From Owenia fusiformis (taxonomy: Eukaryota): a stretch of DNA of 64,000 bases. Positions 25,201-40,200 of this stretch are shown here, piece by piece. The stretch spans positions 1,550,001-1,614,000 of the forward strand of contig CAIIXF020000001.1 in the NCBI GenBank assembly GCA_903813345.2. Reading direction: 5' to 3'. The first letter of the stretch is position 1. The number at the start of each line of letters is the position of its first letter. The notes beneath the pieces are model-generated. The model was not told the origin of the DNA and made no database searches. It saw only the letters and a program-made list of their open reading frames with translations. Made by a program: the position numbers and the translations under genes.

Positions 25201-28200
25201 TTTTTTCCTTTCTCATTAATTAAGAATGTTTGTTAAGTATTCGCTAATTAATTAATTAGTTAAATCCTGAATTTTTGGTTGCTAAAGTAAGTAAGTAAGA
25301 AGTAAAACTTCAGTCACTGTGCACAAAAGTTGATGTAATTTGTTTTTATTAATTTTAATATTATTCCCATATTTCACTTATATTTGCTTAGAACAAAACT
25401 GGCAAAGTGATTCTAAGGATTTAGAATGAATTTCCAAATGCATATTTATTTATTCCATGAAGGCGATACTATAATACTAAATACATGTTTAGTTAACATT
25501 TCCAAAGTGAGAATCTTTAAAATAGATGTCATGGGTAATTTCAGGGAAACCAAACTTTAAGACAAAGGGATGTTCTCATGACTTCTAAATTGAATAGTTC
25601 TTCCAAGTGATTGAATCACAAATCTTTTAGATAAGAGGGGCAAGTTTAAATGTTCATTAAATAATACCAGATTTAATCAGTTGTGTCTCAATCTGCTTTA
25701 TATGTATGTTAACAGTCAGAGTGACCTGGATTTAGGGACAAGTATGAAAGATCCCTTGTTTTTTTTCAAAAATGGCCACCATTTACATGTGTTATTTTAT
25801 GTTTTTTACTATAGCTCAAAAAGTAATGGAGCAATTTTGTTGAAATTTTATAGGTCGCTACTAAGAAGCATTTTATACTTTCTATTGATAATTTGTCAAG
25901 TGAGTGGCTATTTTGAAAAATGGTGCTGATTTTTATGTGTTATTTTTTGATTTAAGCTATCACTGAAAAGTAGTGAATGGCAGTCATGGCTGTTCAATGG
26001 GATTTGCTCCATTATGGCATTGCCATTATTTAGTTGTGATTGGTATAACTTAAATAAAGAAATATAATGCAGAAAAAAATATCTCTGGGTCTTGAAACAA
26101 CAGCTTGCCCAAGATTGTCAGCGTTTGTCAGCCATCGTATTTTCTGATACTGCATGTAGTTGAATTAGGTTTCTTAATAAATAGATCTATATGTATCTTA
26201 ATGTTATTATACAGCTGAAATAGCCTCCGGTCCAATATAGAAGGTGTTACTATAATTGAATGGTAGCGTGACTAGGACCAGGTGTCATTTTTTATATAAA
26301 TCTCAGTTTTAGATATTTGTGTTGTGATACCATCTGAACCACTAACTCGAACTCCCGTGCAGTGATATATCACTGCGGCGGGCAGGTATCTCATCGTAAG
26401 CATGGTAACATCGTAATAAACAACTGACGTGATTGGTTCTAGTCCCATGCTCAGGTCGCGTGATTGTTAAATTTAGACAATTTCATTGGTTGAATTGCGC
26501 GTATTAACTAATAAACAACACGTGCGGTAAACTTTTATCAACACAACTTTTATTCAGAATTCCTTCCGCGGGGATTTCCTCTTATATTTCATTGATTTTG
26601 GAATATTTTGACAAAATAATTTTGGTGAACATAAAAGAACATATGTTTTATAAGTTGTGTGAAAAACAAGTACATCTGTGAGAAAAAGGGGGGACTATCT
26701 TCCCCAAATTTTGGGGATTCCATAATCTGCCCGCCGCAGTGTCTATCCCGAGACACTGCATAGGAGTTCGCCACTAACTGAAGTATTGTATGGTCTGACT
26801 CGTGCTGCCCCCTTTTAAAGGTGACTAACCTAAATGTACATAAAGCTTGAGTCTGCAATAATGTGACCAAGGGAAAAATCAATATCCGTTGATTTCAGCG
26901 GGAAGTGGCGTTTTGTTCAGTGGATGAGCTGCGCGCGCACGCACAAATGTGATTATCCTATATTATTTAGGGGAGGGCTATTTGAAATAGTTTTTGGTCT
27001 CAGGCGCGACCCAGGGCTGTTGTCTTAAGGACATTTCGTTGAAAATGAGCCATTCGGCTGATAATTGGCAAGAGTTTGCGATCTTATAATGTATAACTGT
27101 TACTCAGACACATATTTTGACACGATTCTGTTGGAAATAAGCTTTGAACCGAGAGATATTCACGATTGATATGCACATTTTTGATTGTGCCATTGCTTTT
27201 CCATTGCACAATCCATGTATTGATAGAACTAACATTAATAATGCAGATTGTTTTACCTTCAATACATGGCAGACACTACATATCGGTCTATTAAATACCA
27301 GTTTGTGCTTTAAATAAGTTATATTTCCATCCACGGCCTGGAGCCTGGGTGTGTTTGTCTCGTATGTGTATGCTTGTGAATTGGTGGGGCTGGTAGGGCC
27401 ACCAATCCCCTGGCCCCGTCCATCCTTTATTCTACCTCCCACTTACTCGAGTCTCTATAGCCAATTACCAGAATTTCCAGAGGGCTTGGAAGAAGATAAC
27501 TGTGCCACCAGGTACCTCTGGGGGTCAAGATTGGATTAGACATTTGAAGTAAGACTGATCTATGACTGTGGAACGAACCCCCAACCCCCAGGTCCCAATC
27601 TATCATACCTCCGGGCATACCTCACTTATGAATCAGCAAGGGGTAAAGGTCGGGGGTAAAGTAAGTATCATGAAGGGGGGGGGGCGTTGCAGAATTTAAC
27701 ATGATGCAAACTCGACATTATAACTCATGCTGTAACATTTTGACTTCGCTGGAAAACAATAGGAATTATTTTTCTTGCCGATCAAATAATTGTTCAAAAA
27801 CAATAATTGAATCACAACATGGGCTTTCTCTATTGAATGCCCATGATCACAATCAAAATTTCAAAATAATCAATCAGGCAATGACTAGGATGAAGAAAAG
27901 AACAATGGTCCAAATCAGGTTATGACATTATATGATATTCAGCAAGTTAAAACGTGAAAGTTAAAAGTTTATCTGTCAATTTTCTGTCTGCAAAAGAGTG
28001 TTTACATTTGACACAATAACAGACTGAGGCTTTGAGATCTAGGATTCCCCAGGAAAATATGACGTCATACTAATTAGCATAAGGATTTCCCTATTGGTCT
28101 GGGTCGAGCCTTGTTCGAAAACACAATCCATAAATACATGCTAATTTCTAAGGAGATAGGAAGTGTATAACGTGTTTATCGATTTTGTTTATAGATTTAA

Positions 28201-31200
28201 TCAATTATCAAATTGTTTAAGTGGATAAAGTGGGCACATTTGCTTCAATTCATAGCGTAATCGACGGATAGAAAATGACCGAATTCCCGATATCCTACCC
28301 CGTATTACTGTATGCTATTAAGCACAGTGACCTACAGAGGGCGCTATCACAAACAAGTACTGCACGAACCGATACATTCCCGGGTATTGTAACGCCCTTG
28401 ATGTGACTGGCCATCAATGTTGAGATTAAAACAACCAGCGATGTAACTTTAATGTGAAATGGTAGCCTCTCTTGTGTGATTTTAGTATTTTACCAAATAT
28501 TGTGCTCACCATGTAGAGTATGATGATCATTCCTACTGATTGATCAGAAGACACTTGCGAAGACCACGAACTTGCAGAGAAATTGACAATTCAACCCTCA
28601 GCAGAACCATCTGAATAACCCTGTTTTCTGATTTTCAAATTATACTAAAGATGTCACTCGGTACTAATTGCAAGTTTCTATTAAAAAACAGAAGACCAGA
28701 AAATCCTCAAAAACCCAATCGTGACCCAACCCTATGCAATATTATCGCTTTTCATTATTTGTAAACACTTGGGGTAAGACAAAATAATGGAACAGAGATC
28801 TCAAAACGTTGAAAGTAAGAAAAATAAATGATGCACTAAAGTACTGAACGCCGATGAAAATACGACGTTAAAATTGCGAATGTTAGACCTCTGGTTCGTT
28901 AATCATCTTTATTCTACACCAGAGTAACATGTAAAGGGCCAAAAAGTAGTAGAAAATTATCTCTGTCACAAGCACTGTGTCACTGATATAACATTCTGAG
29001 ACTATATCATTTTTTCATTCTGATTATTTATTTCAAGCATAAACTTATATAAAATACACCTACTTATTGTCAAGTTTGTAATATGTAACCAAGGTCACCA
29101 TATTTGTATCACTTACTGTTGATACCTTTAGGTTACTTTAGGACATTTTCAATGAATTTAAGTGATACATGTACTTGTTAAAAGCTTGTTAACTTTTTTA
29201 CAACACCCGATATATCTGATCTGATTTATTGGTTATTAATGATAAGTGTGACAGTTGAAGAGGTAATATATTATCCATGCATGAAACAAATACTCCCAAG
29301 GACCTCCCTGCATAACATATAACATTGAAATGGTGTTTGTATGTCATTGAAAATCAGAATAATTGTAATGTGAAAACATCGTTGACAGAATCGCTACTAT
29401 CCTCCGATCACAGGGCTTCAAAATCCAGAATATATTCTTTCTTTTTACCCCCTGCGATAAGCTGTTAGCATTTCCCCAATTAAGAACTCGCAATCTGTTT
29501 GGCTGTTGCAACACTGCAACAGAAATCATGTATAAGTCATTGCGCATAATTAGATCATGTGATTCAGTTTAATCGGGTGCTTCCAAATTGGTTATAGCAA
29601 GGGGAAGAAGGAGGTACAGATTCTGGATACCTGTTTAGGGGGATGAATCGTTACATGCCTGTGTATTTGACATGTGACATGTGCAAAACCAAATAAATGT
29701 GAATCTTATAAATAATTCTAAAATGTACCTTTATGCAAAGATCAGCCAGTAAAAACAACCATATAATCACTTCGCTTGCCCTATCAAGAGTGCCACTACA
29801 TATATGTAGCTGTAGCAAAGAAAAGATAATTGGCTTGATTGCCTTGAATTCACTGACTGTACAATAAAGTTGACTGGCTTGCTTCCAAAGCTTTTAAAGA
29901 TCAGCCAGTAAAAACAACCATATAATCACTTTGCTTGCCCTATCAAGAGTGCCACTACATATGTGTAGGTGTAGCAAAGAAAAGATAATTGGCTTGATTG
30001 CCTTGAATTCACTGTGGGCTATTTGACTGTACAAATAAAGTTGACTTGCTTACTTCCGAAGCATTTAAAGGCTAATGTTCTTAAATCATTAAAGGGTGAT
30101 GGGTTTCATATGCATCAAGATTAGGAGCAATGACTCAAGCAGAAAAAGTATGACAGTAATAATAAGGCGGCTTTGTAAAAGTCTGCTGTTGGGTAGATGT
30201 CCCCTTCATTAAAGGCCCACTTTGCGTATTTTCAACATTTTGTGGCAAAATAAAGTCTTACATTTGAATTTCATAGTATTTCCAATGGATTGATAAGTAC
30301 CTTTTCAGTTTCGTTCATTTGACACTCAAAACAGCTCAAACAAGCCACACCCTATCTTGCAATATGTTATCAAAAAAATATTTTTGATCTGTCAAGCTTT
30401 ATATATCAAGTTTTCATCAATGTCAATGAAAGATGGCGAAGATGTTTGTATTATATGATACATTCATTCTTATAGAAGTGTCGCCATCTTTTAAACCAAG
30501 AGTAATTTGTTAAAAAAATGTGCATGCACTACTTACGATCTCTGAACTTCAAATGTTGTTTTCTACGTGAGCTATTTTTTCCTTGGTTTAATACTACTGC
30601 AAATAAAACTTTGTATCATATTTAGTTGAGTGTGTGAGTTACATGTTTCAATGATTGATTTTTTACTTTTTCTAAATTAAGCATAGTGGGGATTTAATTC
30701 AGTTAATTAATTATAATTAGTATTAAAATCATTATTTCAATCAATGATAAATAATTAGTCATTAATTCAATCAAATATATAACTGACAAAGCTTCTTTGT
30801 ATTGATATTGAAGTGAAAAACAAGTGGTAAGTACATTTTTTTCATACTTTTGTACAATTTCCATTCCTTAAGGATGTTATTTTGTGCATAGAAAATATCA
30901 ATTGTTGTATCAGGTTGATGTTGTAAATCCTTGATTTCCATCTGTTTTTATAAGTTTTTTGTCCATAGTTTTGCACAATTTGACATGTACGGTAATCAAT
31001 ATAACTGAAACTATGCATACATCAATCAACTAGAGGTAACAATTATAGGCTGTCTTGGAAGGGAGTTTTGCCTGTGATGAATACAAGTTTTAACGGTGGT
31101 CTGTTCAAGAATTCAAAATAAAGATTTATTAATAAATATCTTTTTTAGATGGCAGGGAGGTAAATCATTATTATTGCTCAACTTAGGGTATTATATTAAG

Positions 31201-34200
31201 ACACAATAAGAAAAAAAGATTCTATGGTTTTTATTCAATTTAAGGGGCTTGAAGCCCCCGTATAAATTTTGAACCACTAATTTAGCTTATATTTTAGTCT
31301 TACCCAATGTCATCAAAGTGTGATTTTTTTTATTCTTTGAAGCAAGTTTGATAAGCAATAATTCAAACTAATGCATAGTGTGCATCCTCACATGTTTTTT
31401 GTCAAAATAATTAGGAAATTTGTTCATAAGTAAGCAAGAAATGAATTCATCCATTCATGAAAATGTTTCAGAGAAAAATGCATTTCAAAATTTTAGTTCT
31501 CATAAAAGGTAAATTTTTGTCCTACTATTGGAGTTCCTGGTAGCCTGGCCATTTGTGTATTGTGGGAAATGAATTAGCCGATAAATATGCCTAGACTGCT
31601 GCGGCGGAAGCAATAAATATAGTTACCTCCACAAGGCCAATCACAAAGTCTTTTAACAACTCAAGTTCCAAATGGCAACCAGTGTATGAATTCTAAAATA
31701 ACTTTAAAAGTCATGACACACAGTAAATGAATAATAGAAATATATTTTCAAACTTTACATGGGGACTTTAATATTAAGGGGTAAAGGAGTTTATGTACTT
31801 ATAGGTAAACATGAGGTTAGCTGTAACATTCGCTATTTTGACTCTGCTTATTGGAGTGCCTGGTTCAGATGCAGTTGGCTTTGGATCTGTTCGCAAGTTC
31901 TATGGCAATATAAATCGGAAAGACTGGTTTGATTTACTATTTGAACCCAAAAAAACTCGTACCGATTCGGATGAAATCCAAGAGTTCTTTAAAAGTAAAC
32001 AAAAGGGAAAGGGGAAGGGAAGAGGCTTTGATGCACCGATCAATTATGAAGTTGATTTTGATATAGTTGCATCTTCATTTGATAACAAGTGTCTGGATAT
32101 CACAGATTACGAGGAACAAAGACCAGAATGTGAAGAACGTGAAGGTTAGTTGTTATGTCACTACCAAAAAGTGGTGACATATTGTTATGGTCTCTGTTTT
32201 TTTACATCGGTTGGTGGTTGGCGATCGCTGGTTAGTGGTCCTGTCTGTAACAAATTCTTACAGCTTCCAATAACTTAACAAATACTGTTTAGACTGACTT
32301 CACTTTTTTTAATCATTTACAAGTTTCAGAAGTTCAAATCTGTCAAAAATGTCTTTTTTCGACTTGCTTCAAATTGACCTCTTTTTCAAAATCATCTACA
32401 AGTTATCAAATCTGACTTGAGATTTTACCTTCAATGACCTTCTCAAGGTCAATAAGAGGTCAAAAAGGTATTCTTCAACATGCTTCAAATTGACCAACAT
32501 TTTAAAAATCATCTACACGTTCTCAAGTTTAGACCTGATTATAAATTTGACCTTCAATGACATTCTCAAGGTAAAAAAAAGTTGACCTTCAATGACCTTC
32601 TTAAGGTCAAAAAGGTCTTTTTTCATCTTGCTTCAAATTGACCAATTTATTTTTTCAAAATCATCCACAAGTTCAAATCTGACTTAAGATTCAGAACTCA
32701 TGATATTGTGAGCAACTAAGGTGGTGACATTTTGTCATGTTAATGCTTTGTAATTATAAATTGATTTTAAAATGTCTTTAAATGTTAAAGTCCATAGTGG
32801 ATGACTGAGTTATTAAGATTTGTTTGAGTTGCCTTTTTGGCTTACCCTGAATGACAAATTAAAAATGGTTTAACTGCACCCTATGCAGACAGAGCCTATG
32901 GGAAATATTGGGTGCGGCGCAAATGAGCGGAGGGTGCGGAGCTAACGGTCATTTTTGAATTTAGAATTGGGGTATTTCTGAAACTAAGCCGTTTTGGGAC
33001 TTCAGATATACCAAGATATGTGTATTTGACACCAAATATCAATAAAATTGTGAAAATAGTAGTGCAATTCATTTTATAGCGACGCAGTATGCTTTAAACA
33101 TTTCCCAGACCTATATATTTTGAGACTATCCTTTTAATACTGCGTCCCCAGCATTCATAAAAAATGATGTTCAAGATACACTACCCATGCAAATTATTTT
33201 TGCATCTTGGAAGCCAGGCAGTATCTGTGTGATTTTATAAAAATTCGGAAATGTTCTTCAGATATGAGCCCCCTCTAAATATTGGGTGCGGAGCTACGTT
33301 TATGGAGCTGCTCCACACCCAATATTTAGAGGGGGCTCATATCTGAAAAACATTTCCGAATTTTTATAAAATCACACTGATACTGCCTGGCTTCCAAGAT
33401 GCAAAAATAATTTGTATAGATAGTGTACCTTGAACACCATTTTTTATGAATGCTGGGGACTCAGTATTAAAAGGATAATTTCAAAATATATAGGTCTGGG
33501 AAAGGTTTAAGGTACACTGCATCGCTATAGAATGAATTGCGCTACTATTTTCACAATTGTATTGATATTTGGTGTCAAATACACATATCTTGGTATATTT
33601 GAAGTCCCAAAACCGGCTTAGTTCCAGAAATATCCCAAATTTAAATTCAAAAATGACCGTTAGCTCCGCACCCTCCACTCATTTGCTCCCCACCCAATAT
33701 TTCCCACAGGCTCTGTCTGCATAGGGTGAACTGATTGCTATCTATTGTTTTTGTGAATTCCAATAACATCTTAAACACAAATCATTCTTTATTTTTTGCT
33801 ATAGGGCCTGTTGATATTTGCTTCATTGTGCAGATATCATGCAGGTGCACTTGTGGTGAGACATTAATCCTCCTTGATGGAATAACATCAGATATAAACA
33901 AAATCATCCGAACTGTTGGTAACGATAGCTCCTACATGGTTGTCACATACAGCAAGGATGCCAAACAGATAATAAACTGGTCATCCACTGCCAGCAGCCT
34001 ACCAAGAGACCTCATAGTTGGAGGTGAAACATGTGATGACTGCAAAGCTAGGACACAAGAGGCTCTGAGTAAATGCAAGGAACTACTGAAAGTCAACAAT
34101 GAGAATAACAACAGAGAATGGGTGCCAGATGTCATTGTAACCTTCACTGATGGACTGAGTTGGAGCGATAAGTATGATGTGGGATACAACTACCGACAAG

Positions 34201-37200
34201 ATACAATACAAGCCATACTGAATATAAGAAGGGATTGCAACTACACAGCAGTTAGACCCTTTAAGATACCAGATTGTGAACAAAATTATTTTGAATCTGA
34301 TGAATGGTCCTTATTAGAATATACACCAGCATCTATGGCAGATTTTGTTAAGGTTGAAGTTAAAAATCTACATACAAATCCTTATGAGACAAATATTCCA
34401 GTGATTCAGGCAGAATTAGACGAAAGTTGCAGTAAGTTGCAGTTACATTTTGGCAAACATAAGGCAAATCAAAAAATAAGATAAGTCTGTTATACTTTTT
34501 TTAAAGGAACAACAATGGCAACAATCATCTAACAATATTTTTGCTCGCAAATTGCACATCAAGCCAGTTGTTCTGACTGTAATATCATGTAATATTCCAT
34601 GATAATCATTTGGTTTTAATTTTGATAACATTTCTGCATCTCCAATAACTTTCATAATTGATTACATATCTCAATTCCTGTTTCATATTATGAATTATTA
34701 TATACCTCATATGTAGATGCTCATTGGCTTATTCATGGTCACATGATATGAAATAGATGAATGATGATTCCCTGGAAAGTCCTTAATTATTGGTATCAGG
34801 GAAGATGAAATGTACTTATCACCAGTTAGGTCAGTTATTAGTATGTTTTATCTTCCCTGATAGGTAAGATTATAGGAGTTGAAAGGCAAAATGCCTTAAA
34901 TGCCAATAAGAACCTGTAAACATTAAATGTTGAAAAAAAAAGACTTCTTTTACAGAGTTTTACAGTCTTTGTTTGTATAGTATGTATGGGGTATATGATA
35001 AAACAAATTGTGACTGCCGCATATTTTGGAAATAGGGTAAAGATTTTCCACCTGGAGAATATCCTGTCCACTGACATGTTCCCTGCAGCCTCTTGAACAT
35101 GTCAGTGGACAGGATATTCCCCAGGGGGAAAAATATTTTTCACTATTTCCCTCGATGGCAGTCACTATTTGTGTAATAAGGTCAGGAATGTAATGAAAAT
35201 TTTTAATTCTATTTTTGGGAGGAATGTTTCCAACATTTTACATTTTCTGTTCGTTGTTGTCGTTAAAATTTTATAATTATAGAGTTTTATTATTTTTCTT
35301 TAGGACTCTGTTGTAATGCGGATATTGTTTTGGTGATTGATCGTTCTAACAGCATCACAAATCAAGACATCAATATTGTCTTGGAATTTTATCGTGACTT
35401 CATTGCTGCACAAGAGCACATACTTGACCCTCATGACCCTGCAACACTTCCGACTGATGCTGGTTTGCGCTTTGCTATCATATCTTACAATAGAAGAGTT
35501 TTTGTTCATGCAAATCTTGGCTTTCATAATAAGGCAGAACTGATTGACATTATTGATGCAATTCCAAGAACAACAGCCAAATACACACACACACATGAGG
35601 CATTAATTGTAGCCAAAAGACAATTGGACAAATTTGGTAGACCAGATTTACATGTGCGAAAAATTGTCTTTGTTGGAACTGATGGTAGAACTTGGATAGC
35701 ACCAGACAGGAATGTTTACACTGGTCCCGCTACAATAAATGCTGCAAATGCAATTAAGGATGATGGGGGAGAAATGTATATGCTTGGTATGTCTTGTTCA
35801 CGCAATTATTGTATTAAAATTGGTGATATTAGTTTATTGATATTTACATGTACGTGTGTGTGATTTTGTTAAAGCTTTATATGTGAATACTTAGAAGCAT
35901 ATTACACTTTCTGATGACAATTTGGCTAGTGAGCAACCATTTTTGTGTGTTATTTTATGATTTTTGCTATATATTTAGTTTGTAAAAATGCCAGCCATGG
36001 CTGTGCGATTGGATTTGCTACACTTTGGCATTGCTGTTGTCTAGTTAAACCAGTGTACAATCACAAGGGGTAGATTTGAGTTTTAGTTATTAGTTTATCA
36101 ATTTGATCTTTTAAAGTGCTCAGTGATCTCCCCAGCATTAAAGCAAGTGGGCGCAGCACCCACCTGAAAATCCATTTGCACCCATTTAGAATGAGAAAAA
36201 TTATTAAAAAATTGGCATATTTTGACCAATTTTTGTTTGAATTGTGGAAATGAGAATTTTGCACCCACCTGAGAAAAATCCTGGGGAGATCACTGGTGCT
36301 ACTTTTCAATGAGACATTATCAAAAAACTAGGAAATATTTGTAGGTGATCTGATGAACACTAACATGCCTTTGTTTGTTTTATAAGGTTTGCCGAATAAA
36401 AACAACAGAACTGATGGATATGAGAGAGAATGGATATACCTAGCAAGCGAGCCAATTAATTGCACAATTCTTGACTTCAACAAAGGTGGAGGACAATACC
36501 TTAAGGAACATTTGGAATATGCTGCCTTGCATTTCACTACACAATTTTGTACCCAAGGTATGGTTGTCAATTTTACTCATTTTATCTCATTTACATCTAT
36601 TCAGTCCCTCAAGGACAGAATTATTGAGAAGTGAAATTCATTGTCTCAACAGCATAGTACCCCGGACAGGTTGTATGATGCAGTCGTTTTTTTAGTCTAT
36701 ATTTGCAATAGAATAACCATTCTTATTAAAATTTTCATATATTATTCTGGAGACAATTTCCAACATGGAAAAAAAATTTTTTAACGAAATTCCCAATTTT
36801 ATGATTTTGACGGGCTTTTTTCGAAAACACTACACTGTCAATAAAATACAGGTATTGCTTGAACAATTAAACTTTTAACGTCATTTCAAAGATTGTCTGG
36901 CTACTGAATTTTTGGCCGCCTAAAGTCTTTCCAGATGTATTTGATGCCATATTAATTATGGCTGATTATTGTTATTCATTTTTGTCATATTCAATAGGCC
37001 TAATATTATTACAGTGCATTAGGCCAATAAAAAACTTGTCACTCTGGGTCACGTTTCCTCTGAAAACGCACCTTTTTCTCCACTTGGTTTTTCTGCCACC
37101 ATCACTCAGCATGCAAGCCTGTGGCACGTAAATTGTACCATGCTTTTAAAATGTCAGGTCTCCCTGACAATTTCATGATAACATTTGACACAGCTATATT

Positions 37201-40200
37201 AACATCTTTGAAGGATCTAATGCCAAGAATACTTGAAATTGGAGATTCGTAATGTTTTACTTCATTTTGGACAGTATTGAACAGTTTGATCGGGTTGAAC
37301 TCATGTCCGTTGACAAGAAGATTGACCTCCTCTATCTGGGCTCAATCTAGGGAACACTTCACAAAACGAGACCCAGAGCAACAAGTTTTTATTGGCCTAA
37401 TGCACTGTAATAATATTGAATATGACTCAAGTGAATAACAATAATCAGACATAATTATTAATATTGCAACAGATATATCTGGAAAGACTTTAGGCGGCCG
37501 AAAATTCAATAGCCAGACAATATTTTAAATTACGTTAAAAGTTCAATTGTTCAAGCAAAAACCTGTATTTTATTGACAGTGTAGTGTTTTTGAAAAAAGC
37601 CCGTTAAAATCATAAAATTGGGAATTTCGTTAAAATATTTTTTTTCCATGTTGGAAATTGTCTCCAGAATAAAATATGAAAAGTTTAATAAGAATGGTTG
37701 TTCTATTGCAAATATAGAGTAAAAAAATGACTGCATCATACAACCTGTCCGGGGTACTATCAATGATGCTATTGACCAGTTCAGGCCAAAACTGAGGGCT
37801 AAAATTGATCAAAATGGTGGACATATTGAACTTCTCTTTATGTAAATAAAGTTGACAATAAAACTTGGCTTTTGCAAGTTTTTGGAAACCTGTTTTGAAA
37901 CGAAAATTATGTCATTTATTTATATTATGGACGCTGGTTGACAGACATAATAAATTTGAAATTTTGAAATTAAAGATGAATCAATTTCTGATCCACTGGT
38001 ATATAATATGAAATTATTTTGCACCACTCTGAACTCTGTACAGTTATCTGGCGCTAGAGCAATAGTCCTGACAACGTCCCTATAGTTGCTTCATCTGATT
38101 ACAACATAGTAGATGTTTCCATGCCTTACAAGTTACAAACTTCAATGGCCTATGGACTTAGAGACTTGATTTTGTCTATCCCACATAATTAGAGATTGAA
38201 TGCTCAATCCTTTATGAGTACCAGTACCATTTTTGATGTTTTGAGTATTGGCTATTAATTTTTTCTTCAACATGACATGTAATGTAATGACTTTAGCTAT
38301 AAATGAAATGTGCCTTTGTGTTCTGTTCCTGGATTGTGATATCGGTTCTCCATTGGAGGGGGAAAGGAGTGTTAGACATTATTTTTTATATTGGATGTCA
38401 ATATCATGGTTTTGGGATATACAGGGTCTATTTTTCTTATGACTGGTATACACTAGACTTTGTTTTTCCTGCTAGGTTTCTTTAGTTTTTGGTCCTTTTC
38501 CTTTGGAATTTGTGCTTAGATATTTAGGGTTCTTTTTATTATATTTTTGAATACCAAATTGTATGGATTGATCGGCAGAAAATTTTGCAAGTTGTTTAAC
38601 TTATTTCAGCCATCAAAATTCCTCCATCTATTGGTATATCAAGACTCTACAGCTCTAGACCCTGATGATATCACAGGGATTTCCCTTCTAAAACACACCG
38701 ACGTCCGACATCTTGAAAAGAGGTGCGATATTTCTCGATAAAAAATGAAAATGTCCTTGTTCTGCTGATGACCCCATACGATTGGGGATTCAACTACATA
38801 AATACAATGCTAAAATACTCAGAAATTCATTGAAGCGGATCATTTAAGTTTGAACTAGTGGTAAATTTTCCCATATTGTAATCAGACAGACAAACTATAG
38901 GGACATTCTCAGGACTATAGTCCAGTCATTCTTCAGTACATTCAACCTGAGAAAATGGATTAAATCCTTCGTTATTTTACAACATTTGTATTGAGTTCTT
39001 TGATCATTTTTGAGTGCCTTTTCATTTTTTTGTCACTATGAAATATTTATATTTTTCCAAGGTCCTGGAGCTGTGTGTCTTCTTCCTGAGAATTAGGGAA
39101 AACCAAAACTTCCGAGAGGGCTATTAATATGCAAATGCTTGTACGATGGATATATATTGCAAAGCAAAGAGAGAAAAAGTTTATATGTATCAATATGAAC
39201 TGTACATTACATAAAAGTGTTTCATCAAATATTTTGCCTTGCTATTTCTTTAATTCTGTTTTGCAACACTTGCTAGTGTGGATGGAGGGGGGGAGTAACG
39301 TGTATATAAGACATGATAAGACATGCTACTTGAATTTATTCTTATAACTCCAAATTTTCCCATTTTTCATTCTCCAGAGATATAATATCCTGTTTCTTAC
39401 TGGGGTACTGAGTTTAGTTTTTACAAATACACAAGTTCTTGTGAATTTGTTCCATCCCAAAGACATATAACTCCCCCCCCCCCCTCCATCCACCCCCCCC
39501 TCCATCCACCCCCCCCCCTCCATCCAATATGTATTTATTTCGATTATTTTTTGCATAACGCATCGGAACTAACTTAAAAGTGAGCAATGTCATTAGTGTT
39601 GTGATAATAACGTCCCTTATACCTATTTATTATGTGTCGTGTAGACCATTGTTGCCTGATTTATAGCAAAAACATTGACTTTTGCATGTTGATGATGATG
39701 CGCCTTTTTTAATAGATCTCATATCTTAGAAGCTTATCAGTTTAAAAAAATACTAGAAGATCTAACATATTTTGCCATGCACTGCGCCTATTCATTTGGC
39801 AATTTAGTTGTAAATTTTCTCTTGAAAAATAAATCTTCCAAATTTGTTGAATTTTCTTGCAGAAATCACCTTCTCCCCCCCCCCCCCTCCATCCAGTTTG
39901 ATGATCACCGGGCATGGTTATATTATACTCAATTTGAAGGAATTTTAGAGTAGATTACACTTATGGTGTTGTTTTTCTGAAATGTGCTTCAGAAAATTCA
40001 AAATGACTGCCTAGTGCAAGTATTCAATATTACTTAGAGATCTCTTCAAAATATGGTAACATTATACTATATTAGATTTCAAATATTGTATTGTCTTTGT
40101 GAGTAATTGAGTCTGACCATGGCAATCAAGGGAAAACCCTGTAAAGTGACACAAGCATATGAGCAGTAGCAAACTGAGCGTGTGCCTTGAGCCAGGCAGC

